Below are positions 1 through 8,485 of a stretch of DNA of 64,000 nucleotides, in pieces (position 1 is the stretch's first letter; every line of letters begins with the position of its first letter). Made by a program: the position numbers and the translations under genes. The stretch comes from Dehalococcoidia bacterium (GTDB lineage Bacteria > Chloroflexota > Dehalococcoidia > SM23-28-2 > RBG-16-64-32), in contig CAXXTF010000002.1 in the NCBI GenBank assembly GCA_963665775.2, forward strand, positions 896,001 through 960,000, given 5' to 3'. The notes below the pieces were generated by a model that saw nothing but the letters and a program-made list of their open reading frames with translations, was not told the DNA's origin and searched no databases.

Positions 1-2
1 CC

Positions 3-986
3 AGCGAGGAGCCGGACGAGCGGGTCCTGACCAGCTTCATCGAGCAGTTCTACCAGTCGGCGGCCTACGTCCCACCCCGAGTCCTCCTCCCCTTCGCCGT
101 CACCGAGCAGCCCCTCATCGAGCAGTGGCTGTCGGAGCGGCGGGGGAAGCGGGCGACGCTCCTGGTGCCGCAGCGAGGCGAAAAGCGGGCGCTGGTGCGG
201 ATGGCGGCGGATAACGCCCGCGAGGCGCTCCACTTAGCGCGCGCCAAGTGGCTGGCGGATACGGGCAAGAAGCGGCAGGCCCTGGAGGAGATCCAGGAGG
301 AGCTGAACTTGCCGGGCCTGCCCCAGCGCATCGAGTGTTACGACATATCGAATATCATGGGCACCTCGGCGGTCGGCTCCATGGTCGTCTTCCTGGACGG
401 GCAGCCGCGGCCGCCGGAGTACCGGCGCTTTCGCATCAAGACCGTAACTGGGGCCAACGACTTCGCCATGATGCAGGAGGTTATCGAGCGTCGCTTCGCC
501 CGGGCCGAGAAGGGTGCGAAGGCGGGCGAGAAGCCGGTGGAGTACGACGAGTCGTTCGGAGCGATGCCGGACCTGGTGATCGTCGATGGCGGTAAAGGGC
601 AGGTCTCCACCGCCCACGACGCCATGCGCAACCTCGCGGTGGGCCACATACCGCTGGTCGGGCTGGCCAAGCGGCTGGAGGAGCTGTTCGTGAAGGACGT
701 ATCGGAGCCCATCGTCCTGCCCCGAACGTCGCAGGCGCTCTACCTGGTGCAGCGCATCCGGGACGAGGCGCACCGTTTCGCCATAACGTACCACCGCGGC
801 CTGCGAAAGAAGGCAGGCATGCGATCCGCCCTGGACGGCGTGCCCGGCGTCGGCCCCAAGCGGAAGAGGGCGCTGCTGCGGAAGTTCGGCTCCCTGAAGG
901 CGGTCCGGGCAGCAACGGTGGAGGATATCGCGGCCACGCCAGGCTTCACGCGCTCCCTGGCGGAGAAAGTGCTGGCGGGGCTGTGA
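3..986 (+). CDS. uvrC: Excinuclease ABC subunit C, 3' part (runs in from before the window)
   Basis: RIECYDISN, YRRFRIK, DFAMMQEV, PDLVIVDGGKGQ, RIRDEAHRFA and a C-terminal HhH (GVGPKR); the frame is open from position 3. Confidence 0.97.
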   Translation, partial: SEEPDERVLTSFIEQFYQSAAYVPPRVLLPFAVTEQPLIEQWLSERRGKRATLLVPQRGEKRALVRMAADNAREALHLARAKWLADTGKKRQALEEIQEELNLPGLPQRIECYDISNIMGTSAVGSMVVFLDGQPRPPEYRRFRIKTVTGANDFAMMQEVIERRFARAEKGAKAGEKPVEYDESFGAMPDLVIVDGGKGQVSTAHDAMRNLAVGHIPLVGLAKRLEELFVKDVSEPIVLPRTSQALYLVQRIRDEAHRFAITYHRGLRKKAGMRSALDGVPGVGPKRKRALLRKFGSLKAVRAATVEDIAATPGFTRSLAEKVLAGL

Positions 987-1216
987 TGCCCCTGTACTCA
1001 GCAGATGAACTCCAATCGCTGCTGCCCGGCTGTGAGGTGCTCGAAATCGCTGGCTCGAATGTCACAGCGTCGCAGTGGTCACCGTCATTGGACGAGCTGT
1101 CCAAAGACGCCGAGGCGTGGGCTACTACCATCGAGGTCAAGCGGGCTCTTAACAACGTACCAGGACTTCTGGACAGCGGGAGCCACATCATTATGGCCGC
1201 ACGGCGGAAGATATGA
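983..1216 (+). pseudogene. Probable C-terminal fragment of a SAM-dependent methyltransferase
   Basis: Ends in GLLDSGSHIIMAARR, resembling class I methyltransferase C-termini; no SAM-binding motif; begins at the uvrC stop. Confidence 0.45.
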
Positions 1217-1244
1217 CTGGTGTCCAATTGGAGGAACCTGCTCG

Positions 1245-1808
1245 ATGACGCTAAGAGTTGAACTGCAGACGGATAGGCTTCTACTTCGGCCGTTCGAGCT
1301 GAGCGATGTGGAGGATGTCCTGGCATACGCCTCGGACGAAGACTGGTCTCGCTACCTGCAACGGGTACCTTACCCATACGCGCGCCAAGACGCGGAGGAG
1401 TTCATTGCTCGTTCCATTCTGAGAGACTGGAAGACACATGCGGAGTTCGCCATCGTTCTGGACGGGAAGGTCCTGGGTTTCGTCAGCCTCCGGATAGAGG
1501 CAGGCAGGGAGATTGCTGAACTTGCGTTTGGGGTTACCCGCGAGCACTGGGGACGGGGCCTGATGCCGGAAGCGGCAAGGGCAATCATTGACTGGGCATT
1601 CCAGACCTACAGCCTATCGAAGATCTTTGCGCTTACCGACACCCGTAACCGACAATCATGGCGAGTGATGGAAAAGCTAGGCATGAAGCGCGAAGGTGTC
1701 CTGCGGAGCAATCGGATGCTTCGAGGGGAGAGGTGCGACGATGCTGTGTACGGACTACTCCGTGACGAATGGGAATCCCGTAAGGCGGGCCATTACGGTC
1801 CGTCCTGA
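1245..1808 (+). CDS. GNAT N-acetyltransferase, RimJ/RimL type
   Basis: LQTDRLLLRPF, HWGRGLMPEA, NRQSWRVMEKLGMKREG; GGAGGA RBS at 1230-1235 before ATG 1245. Confidence 0.92.
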   Translation: MTLRVELQTDRLLLRPFELSDVEDVLAYASDEDWSRYLQRVPYPYARQDAEEFIARSILRDWKTHAEFAIVLDGKVLGFVSLRIEAGREIAELAFGVTREHWGRGLMPEAARAIIDWAFQTYSLSKIFALTDTRNRQSWRVMEKLGMKREGVLRSNRMLRGERCDDAVYGLLRDEWESRKAGHYGPS

Positions 1809-1826
1809 GACAATCGACTACTAGCC

Positions 1827-2493
1827 ATGATAGAGGCCGTCTTCTTCGATCTGGACGACACGCTATGCGATACTGTCAGCTCACGACCGCAGCGGGCCCG
1901 CAAGGCTCTCGATGCCTTCTCCAGCTATCACCCCGATCACGACTTGGAGGATCTCTTGCGCAAGGCCCTAGAACCGCACGCAACCCTTGAGCGCGAGACC
2001 AGGGGGCTGCGCAGCGTCTTCGCTGAACTCGGCCTGGAAGAGAGCCTGGGCGCCCGCGCCGCGTACGCTTGTTACGCTCAGTATTTCGACCCCCTTCACC
2101 TGATTGAAGGTGTCACCGCGACGCTGGAGCACCTCATGCAGGGCTACAGGCTCGGCATCATCACCAATGGCCACGAGGCTGTGCAGCAGGGCAAGCTCGA
2201 GTACTTCGACCTGGGACGCTATATCCGCTGGGTGGTTATCAGCGAGTCGGTAGGACTTCCCAAGCCGGACCCCCGCATCTTCAGCCACGCCCTCTCGCTG
2301 GCGGGTGTGGAGCACAACGAGGCCGTCTTCGTCGGCGACCGGCTGGATATAGACGTCGGTGGCGCGAAAGCGGCCGGGATGCGAACGGTCTGGTTCAACC
2401 ACTGGGGCGGCAACCTGGACGGCGACTCGCCCTCAGCCGGACGCCGTCATCAAGCGGTTCGCCGAGCTGCCAGACGCTCTGGCGAGGTTCTAG
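1827..2493 (+). pseudogene. HAD-family hydrolase with a frameshift near 2430 (or a sequencing error)
   Basis: FDLDDTL, IITNG, KPDPRIF, VGDRLDIDVGGAKAAGM; the normal C-terminus PQPDAVIKRFAELPDALARF* lies in a shifted frame ending at TAG 2491-2493. Confidence 0.8.
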
Positions 2494-2497
2494 CCCC

Positions 2498-2962
2498 CTA
2501 CTGCACGATCAGGGTGCCCACCATCAGGGTGGGGTGGACATCGCAGCGGAAGAAGTACTCGCCGGGATCCAATGGTCCAAAGGTCACCTCACCAGTGCAG
2601 GGGGCGGCGCAGATGTTCTCGTTATCGCCGGCGATAGCCTCAGATGCGCTGTCATCGGTGTAGACAGCCCAGTTGTGAAGCTGGCCGGTATCCTGATTGT
2701 CGAACGAGACCGTGACTTCGGTCCCAGCTGGAACAGCGATCTCGTCCACATTGAAAGAGATAACGGGTATCATCAGCACCTCGAAGACGTCCCCGGCCGG
2801 TGGCGTCGGGCTCGCGCCGGGCGTGGGGGAAGCCACTACCAGATCGCCACCGTCCCTGTCTTCGAGATCGATGAAGGCGGCCGCGAAGGTCACGACAAGG
2901 GCGACGAAGACAAACCCGATGACCATACCGCCGATCGGCAACTTAGTGAGGTCCAAATTCAT
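2498..2962 (-). CDS. Membrane-anchored cupredoxin-domain protein
   Basis: N-terminal TM helix; HNW and C-D-V-H-P-x-x-M type-1 copper ligand pattern (YFFRCDVHPTLM). Confidence 0.88.
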   Translation of the reverse strand: MNLDLTKLPIGGMVIGFVFVALVVTFAAAFIDLEDRDGGDLVVASPTPGASPTPPAGDVFEVLMIPVISFNVDEIAVPAGTEVTVSFDNQDTGQLHNWAVYTDDSASEAIAGDNENICAAPCTGEVTFGPLDPGEYFFRCDVHPTLMVGTLIVQ

Positions 2963-3049
2963 ATGTTCACTCCCCCCGCTCGCCTATACACTAGCGGAGG
3001 CGGCGCTTAAGCACCAGCCAGGCGATGACCGGAGACGCCGGGTGCAGAC

Positions 3050-3775
3050 CTATCCCGATGAGTCCAGCCATTCCTTCTCCTCGTCGCTGAGCTGGACTCC
3101 GGCCAGCAGGTCGGGCCGGCGCTGGGCGGTCAGCAAGAGGTTGCGCCGGCGCTGCCAGCGGGCCACCTCCTGATGGTTGCCGGAAAGCAGAACCTCCGGC
3201 ACCGGCCAGTCGCGAAACCGCGGCGGCCGCGTGTACGGGGGCACCTCCAGCAGCCCCTGAGCGAAGGACTCCTCCTGCGCCGACTGCGGGCAGCCCAGCG
3301 CCCCAGGCAACTGGCGCACCACCGCGTCCACCACGACCATGGCCGCCAGCTCACCCCCCGAAAGGACGTAGTCGCCGATGCTAATCTCGTCCGTGGCCAA
3401 CTGCTCGTGCACCCGCGCGTCGAAGCCCTCATAGTGCCCGCAAAGCAGAATCAGCCGCTGCTCCCGGGCCAGCTTCACGGCCACCTGGTGATCGAAGCGC
3501 CGCCCGGCGGGCGTTAGCAGGACGATGGGCCCCAGCTCCGGGACCATCTCGAGCACGGCCTCCGTCGCGGCGAAGGCCGACTCCGGCTTCAGGACCATGC
3601 CCGGCCCGCCGCCGTAAGGATAATCGTCGACCACCTTATGGCGGCCCCTCGCCCACTGACGGATGTCGTGCAGCTGAATGGAGACGATATCTGCCTCGAC
3701 GGCCCGTTTGATGATTGACTCGCCAAAGGGGCCGCCGAACATATTAGGGAAGAGAGTCAGTATATCTATCCGCAT
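3050..3775 (-). CDS. trmD: tRNA (guanine37-N1)-methyltransferase
   Basis: MRIDILTLFP, VDDYPYGGGPGMVLK, CGHYEGFDAR, SIGDYVLSGGE, VLLSGNH. Confidence 0.97.
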   Translation of the reverse strand: MRIDILTLFPNMFGGPFGESIIKRAVEADIVSIQLHDIRQWARGRHKVVDDYPYGGGPGMVLKPESAFAATEAVLEMVPELGPIVLLTPAGRRFDHQVAVKLAREQRLILLCGHYEGFDARVHEQLATDEISIGDYVLSGGELAAMVVVDAVVRQLPGALGCPQSAQEESFAQGLLEVPPYTRPPRFRDWPVPEVLLSGNHQEVARWQRRRNLLLTAQRRPDLLAGVQLSDEEKEWLDSSG

Positions 3776-3937
3776 GGCCACCTCATCATTAGGTACGACA
3801 CTCGGCGATCGATTCCATCCTAGCCTGTCAGGCCGCGCCCGGAGTCGCCGTCTGCCGCCAGGGGACTGGGCGCTTCCCGCTCCCCATTTCCCCCCACAGC
3901 TCTAGTGCCTGATTGCGGTAATTCGCGTACCAGGTCA

Positions 3938-4043
3938 GATTCTTCGGGGAGTTTATCCCTTCACTATGTTCAGGACAGGCTCTGAGCGGGCCTCGATTCT
4001 TCGCTGTGCTCAGAATGACAGAACGTGAAGGGGTCAGAATAGC
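3938..4043. repeat. Nested REP/MITE-like palindromic element
   Basis: GATTCTTCG at 3938 and 3995; complete unit GATTCTTCGCTGTGCTCAGAATGACA at 3995-4020; second TCAGAAT at about 4034; intergenic. Confidence 0.6.
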
Positions 4044-4140
4044 GCTGCGTTGTACTGTCACCTTGAGCGCCCGGACGGGCCTATCTGGGCAGCGAAGGGT
4101 CTCTTATGTAGTTCATGAAACCGCGGATTCTTGCAATAAA

Positions 4141-4209
4141 GCACTAGGCTGGCAAGCACTAGGCTGGCAAGCACTAGGCTCGCAAGCACTAGGCTGGCAA
4201 GCACTAGGC
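4141..4209 (+). repeat. 15-bp tandem repeat GCACTAGGCTGGCAA, 4 full copies plus a partial copy
   Basis: Units start at 4141, 4156, 4171 (one G>C change), 4186 and 4201; the last overlaps the mog stop codon. Confidence 0.95.
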
Positions 4210-4695
4210 CGGGTGCTCCGAGGCCTCGCCCCGCAGTAGCTCCAGGGCATGGGGCAGGACGGGCAGGATCACAGCCAGGTTCTCGCGGACGCCGCGGGGA
4301 CTGCCGGGCAGGTTCACGATCAGCGTACGGCCCCTGACCCCAGCCAGGGCCCGACTCAGCATCGCCATGGAGGTATGCTTCAGCCCCTCCAGCCGCATCG
4401 CCTCCGCCAGGCCGGGCGCCTCGTAATCGAGGACCTCCCGAGTGGCCTGGGGGGTGACATCACGCGGACCAAACCCGGTCCCGCCCGTGGTCAGGACGAG
4501 ATCGAGGCCGGCTTCATCGGCCCAGGAGCGCAAGCGGTCGGAGATGACGGGGATCTCGTCCGGTATCACCTCGTAGCGTTCGACAGAGCCGCCTATCGTG
4601 GCGACCAGCTCGCGGATGGCGGCGCCGGAGGTGTCCTCGCGCTCGCCACGGGCGCCCATATCGGAGACAGTGAGTATTCCGGCTTGGAATGGCAT
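4204..4695 (-). CDS. mog: Molybdopterin adenylyltransferase (MogA/MoaB family)
   Basis: ILTVSD, DTSG, LTTGGTGFGPRDVTP, SRALAG, NLPGSP. Confidence 0.92.
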   Translation of the reverse strand: MPFQAGILTVSDMGARGEREDTSGAAIRELVATIGGSVERYEVIPDEIPVISDRLRSWADEAGLDLVLTTGGTGFGPRDVTPQATREVLDYEAPGLAEAMRLEGLKHTSMAMLSRALAGVRGRTLIVNLPGSPRGVRENLAVILPVLPHALELLRGEASEHPA

Positions 4696-4746
4696 AGGTG
4701 GGGAGGTGAAATTCGTAAAGGTTCCAGAAATTTACTGCATAAGCGC

Positions 4747-4800
4747 TTGACAAGAGGGTGGGGAGTGGTACGATTACCCACAAAGTGGGGAGGAGTGGGG
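4747..4800 (+). promoter_or_regulatory. Sigma70-type dcw promoter with MraZ-type GTGGG boxes
   Basis: TTGACA 4747-4752, 16-nt spacer, TG-N-TACGAT with the -10 at 4769-4774; GTGGG at 4758, 4785 and 4795 (last two 10 bp apart). Confidence 0.75.
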
Positions 4801-4893
4801 GCTTCTCCCATCTCTTTGTGGTACGTGCCCGTCCTCCAGGGCAGGCTGATACTACCATATTCGTCCCCCCGTTTGAAGAGGGTGCGGTCGGTC

Positions 4894-5313
4894 ATGGCCT
4901 TCAGGGGCACTTACGAACACACGGTGGATGATCGGGGCAGGATCGCCCTCCCCGCCCGCTACCGGCACGAGTTCGCGGAAGGCGTGGTCCTCACCGTGGG
5001 GCCGGAGGACTGCATCGAGGTTTACACCCCCACCGGCTTTGCTGAGATGTCAGACCTGGTGGCAGCGGAGCCCGCCACGACCCCTGACGGTCGACGGTCG
5101 CGGCGGCGCTTCGATTCCCAATCCTGGGACACCGAGCTGGACCGTCAGGGTCGCATCCTAATCCCCGCCAAGTTCCGCGAGGCGGCGGGATTGCAAGGAC
5201 CCGTAATCATCGCTGGGCGCCGCGAGTGTTTGGAGATCTGGGGCCCAGAGGGGTGGCGACGGGAGTTGCAGGCCGCAACGTCCTCCTCAGCGGGACAGGA
5301 GCTTCGGGGGTAG
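4894..5313 (+). CDS. mraZ: Division/cell-wall transcriptional regulator MraZ
   Basis: FRGTYEHTVDDRGRIALP and a second DRQGRILIP motif; first gene of the dcw cluster. Confidence 0.95.
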   Translation: MAFRGTYEHTVDDRGRIALPARYRHEFAEGVVLTVGPEDCIEVYTPTGFAEMSDLVAAEPATTPDGRRSRRRFDSQSWDTELDRQGRILIPAKFREAAGLQGPVIIAGRRECLEIWGPEGWRRELQAATSSSAGQELRG

Positions 5314-5319
5314 GCCAAG

Positions 5320-6276
5320 GTGGTTGCAATCTTGTCCCTCAACAAGCCCCTCGACCACACCCCTGTCCTGACCGAGGAGGTCATCCGACTGCTGGCGGTC
5401 CAACCCGGTGGCCGTTACCTGGACTGCACCGTAGGCGGCGGCGGTCACGCCGCAGCCATCCTAGAAGCGGCCTCGCCCGGCGGCCTCCTCCTGGGCCTCG
5501 ACGCCGACCCTATTGCCCTGGAGATCGCCGCCCAGCGGCTGCTCCCCTTCGGCGACTCCGTGAAACTCGTCGAGGCCAACTTTCGCGACCTGGCCCAGAT
5601 CTGCCAGCAGCGAAACTTCCTCCCCACCCACGGCGTCCTGTTCGACCTGGGGGTCTCCTCCTTCCAGCTGGCGGACAGCGAACGGGGCTTCGGCATTCAG
5701 GTTGAGGCCCCCCTGGATATGCGATTCAACCCCGGTCAGACCCTCACCGCAACCGATATCGTCAACGATTATCCGGAGGGGAGCCTGGCCGACCTCATCT
5801 GGCGATTCGGGGAAGAGCCGGCCAGCCGCCGCATCGCCCGCGCTATCCTGCAGGCGCGGCCCCTGAGCACTACGACGGAGCTGGCAGCCGCCGTCGCCAG
5901 GGCCGCCCGGGGCCCGCGCCGACGCATCCATCCCGCCACCCGCACCTTCCAGGCCCTGCGCATAGCCGTCAACGATGAGCTGGCGGCCCTGACGGCTGCC
6001 CTCGACCAAGCAGGCCAGCTTCTGGGCCGGGACGGGCGGCTGGTGGTCATCGCCTTCCATTCGTTGGAAGACCGTATCGTGAAGCAGTTCCTGCAGCGAG
6101 AGTCCAGGGACTGCATCTGCCCACCGGAGGCCATGCGCTGTACCTGCGGCCACCGGGCCAGCATGAAGATCCTTACCAAGCGGACCGTGCGGCCGACTCC
6201 GTCGGAAGTGGCCGCCAACCCTCGCAGCCGCAGCGCCCGCCTACGTGCCGCCCAGAAGCTGCCGGAGGGAGAGTAG
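5320..6276 (+). CDS. rsmH: 16S rRNA m4C1402 methyltransferase
   Basis: HTPVL, DCTVGGGGHA, DLGVSSFQL, PLDMR, HPATRTFQALRIAVNDEL, FHSLEDR, NPRSRSARLR. Confidence 0.97.
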   Translation: MVAILSLNKPLDHTPVLTEEVIRLLAVQPGGRYLDCTVGGGGHAAAILEAASPGGLLLGLDADPIALEIAAQRLLPFGDSVKLVEANFRDLAQICQQRNFLPTHGVLFDLGVSSFQLADSERGFGIQVEAPLDMRFNPGQTLTATDIVNDYPEGSLADLIWRFGEEPASRRIARAILQARPLSTTTELAAAVARAARGPRRRIHPATRTFQALRIAVNDELAALTAALDQAGQLLGRDGRLVVIAFHSLEDRIVKQFLQRESRDCICPPEAMRCTCGHRASMKILTKRTVRPTPSEVAANPRSRSARLRAAQKLPEGE

Positions 6277-6711
6277 ATGGCGACCGCCCCAAACAGTGAA
6301 GAAGCCCTCGCCCCGTCAGAGCTCCTGCGCTCGCCCAGTCTGCCCCTGCTCCTGACGGCCGCAGCATTAGCCATCGGCCTGGCTGCGCTCCTGCCGCTGG
6401 TCCAATCCAGCAGCGCCACCTTCATCAACGGCAACATCCAGCGACTCGAGCAGGAGAAGGGCGACTGGCAGGCGCGGCTGCGCGAGATCGAACTGGAGGT
6501 GGCAGGTCTGAGCAGCCTGAATCGCATTGAGCAAGAGGCGAGAGATCGGCTGGGGATGGTGCCGCCTGAGGAGATCCGCTACATCACGGTACCGGGACCG
6601 GCGCCCGAGGCCTGGAGGCCGCCCAGCCGCTTCCTGCCGGCACCGACCGAACAACAGGAGTCCGGCTCTTCATTATGGGATAAGGCCTTCGGGTGGGTAC
6701 CCCTACCCTAG
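6277..6711 (+). CDS. ftsL: FtsL-like cell division protein
   Basis: Single TM helix, coiled coil, RIEQEARDRLGM; lies between rsmH and ftsI. Confidence 0.75.
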   Translation: MATAPNSEEALAPSELLRSPSLPLLLTAAALAIGLAALLPLVQSSSATFINGNIQRLEQEKGDWQARLREIELEVAGLSSLNRIEQEARDRLGMVPPEEIRYITVPGPAPEAWRPPSRFLPAPTEQQESGSSLWDKAFGWVPLP

Positions 6712-6723
6712 GGGAGGATAAGC

Positions 6724-8466
6724 TTGGTCGAACGACGGCGTAGTGGCAGATGGCGCCTGTGGGCCGTGGCCGCCGCTATCTCGCTGGCCACCCTCATACT
6801 AGTCGCGCGGCTGGCACAGCTCCAGCTCGTTGACCACGAGCAGTACGATGCTCAGGCCAGGCTCACACAGGTGAGCCAGGAAACCCTCTCCAGCCGTCGA
6901 GGCGCCCTCCTGGACCGCAACGGCTATCCCCTGGCCGCCAGCGAAGACACCTACAACGTGATGGTGGAGCGACGGGCCTGGGATGACCCAGCAGCCGCAT
7001 CGCGGGCGGCGACGGCCATCAGCGCCGTGACCGCCGTGCCCCCCGAAGAGATGCTCGCCATCGTGTCTGAAACGGACGTGTTCGAGGTGCCCGTGGCCCT
7101 CAGCCTCAACTACGAGCAGGCGACCCAAGTGCGCGAGTTGGGGCTGAACGGTGTGCGCCTGCTTCAGGGCAGCCGCCGGGTCTACCCGGAGGGGAACATA
7201 GCGGCCCAGCTCCTGGGCTTCGTGGGCCGGGACAACGTGGGCCTGACCGGGCTGGAGGCGGACATCGAGCAGATTCTCGGCGGCGCTAAAGGGTCGGTCA
7301 CGTATGAACGCGACGGCCTGGGGAATCAGATCGCTCTGGGCGACCGCCAGGAAGTGCCCGCTCAGCCTGGAGCAGATGTAGTCCTGACCATCGACCGCTA
7401 CATCCAGCGGCTGGCCGAAAGGGAGCTGGAGAAGGCGATCGAGGAGCACGGAGCGACGGGCGGCAGCATCATCGTCGTTCAGGTCAAGACGGGCGAAATC
7501 CTGGCCATGGCCAGCCGCCCAGCGTTCAACCTGACGCAACTAGACCTGAGCGACGAGACGAAGCTAGCCCTCTTCCGTAACCGCGCCATTACCGACCAGT
7601 ACGAGCCGGGCTCCGTTTTCAAGCTGGTCACGGCCGGCGCCGCCCTGGACCTAGGTCTGGTGGGACCAGAGACCCTCTGGTACGACACCGGGGTCGTCAA
7701 CATCTCTGAGTGGAGCATCTTCAACTGGGACTACAGCGCCAACGGCTACCAAACCGTGACCGACATCCTCTCCAAGAGCCTGAACACCGGCGCCGCCTGG
7801 CTGGCCGAGCAGCTCGGCCCCGACCGCTTCTACGAGTACGTGGCCCGCTTTGGCTTCGGCGAGACGAGCGGTATCGGTCTCAGCGGCGAGGTGACAGGCC
7901 AGGTGCGCACCCCCGAGAACGACCCCGCCAACTGGCGGCCCGTGGACATGGCCACCAACAGCTTCGGCCAGGGGATCACGGCCACGCCCCTGCAGATGGC
8001 GATGGCCCTGGCCACCATCGCCAACGACGGTCTGGCCATGCAGCCCCACATAGTGCGCGAGGTGATCTCCGCCACCGGCCACCAGGTGATCGAACCTGAG
8101 CCTCTGGGGCAGGTTCTGTCGCCGGAGACGGCCCACATCTTACAGCAGATGATGGGCGTTGTAGTGGACAGGATCCCCACTTATCTCCTAGACGTGCAGG
8201 GATATCGGGTGGGCGGCAAGACGGGCACGGCCAGTATCGTGACGGCGAACGGTGGCTACAAGGACGAGGCTTACATCTCCTCATTCGCCGGGATCGCTCC
8301 CCTAGAGGATCCGGTCCTGGCCATCCTGGTCAAGCTCGACGAACCGAAGGGTGTACCCTGGGGTACCGTCGTAGCGGCGCCGGCCTTCGGGAACATCATG
8401 CAGGCCGTGCTGGCTTACATGAAGGTTCCGCCCCAGGAGCCAGCGCTCGTCTCGGACACTCAATAA
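6724..8466 (+). CDS. ftsI: Class B penicillin-binding protein (FtsI-like transpeptidase)
   Basis: RGALLDRNG, RVYPEG, GLE, SxxK (EPGSVFK), SxN (SLN), KTGT. Confidence 0.93.
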   Translation: MVERRRSGRWRLWAVAAAISLATLILVARLAQLQLVDHEQYDAQARLTQVSQETLSSRRGALLDRNGYPLAASEDTYNVMVERRAWDDPAAASRAATAISAVTAVPPEEMLAIVSETDVFEVPVALSLNYEQATQVRELGLNGVRLLQGSRRVYPEGNIAAQLLGFVGRDNVGLTGLEADIEQILGGAKGSVTYERDGLGNQIALGDRQEVPAQPGADVVLTIDRYIQRLAERELEKAIEEHGATGGSIIVVQVKTGEILAMASRPAFNLTQLDLSDETKLALFRNRAITDQYEPGSVFKLVTAGAALDLGLVGPETLWYDTGVVNISEWSIFNWDYSANGYQTVTDILSKSLNTGAAWLAEQLGPDRFYEYVARFGFGETSGIGLSGEVTGQVRTPENDPANWRPVDMATNSFGQGITATPLQMAMALATIANDGLAMQPHIVREVISATGHQVIEPEPLGQVLSPETAHILQQMMGVVVDRIPTYLLDVQGYRVGGKTGTASIVTANGGYKDEAYISSFAGIAPLEDPVLAILVKLDEPKGVPWGTVVAAPAFGNIMQAVLAYMKVPPQEPALVSDTQ

Positions 8467-8485
8467 TCGGTTAAGATAGGGAGCG

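Noticed and set aside
4141-4209. Possible CRISPR array
   Set aside because: The 15-bp units are head to tail with no spacers, and there are no cas genes in the window
4249-4893. N-terminal extensions in the ORF track (mraZ from 4249, ddl from 16650, protease from 38927, surface protein from 32838, recombinase copy to 57519)
   Set aside because: They overlap other genes or promoters; homology and RBS or signal peptides point to the later starts
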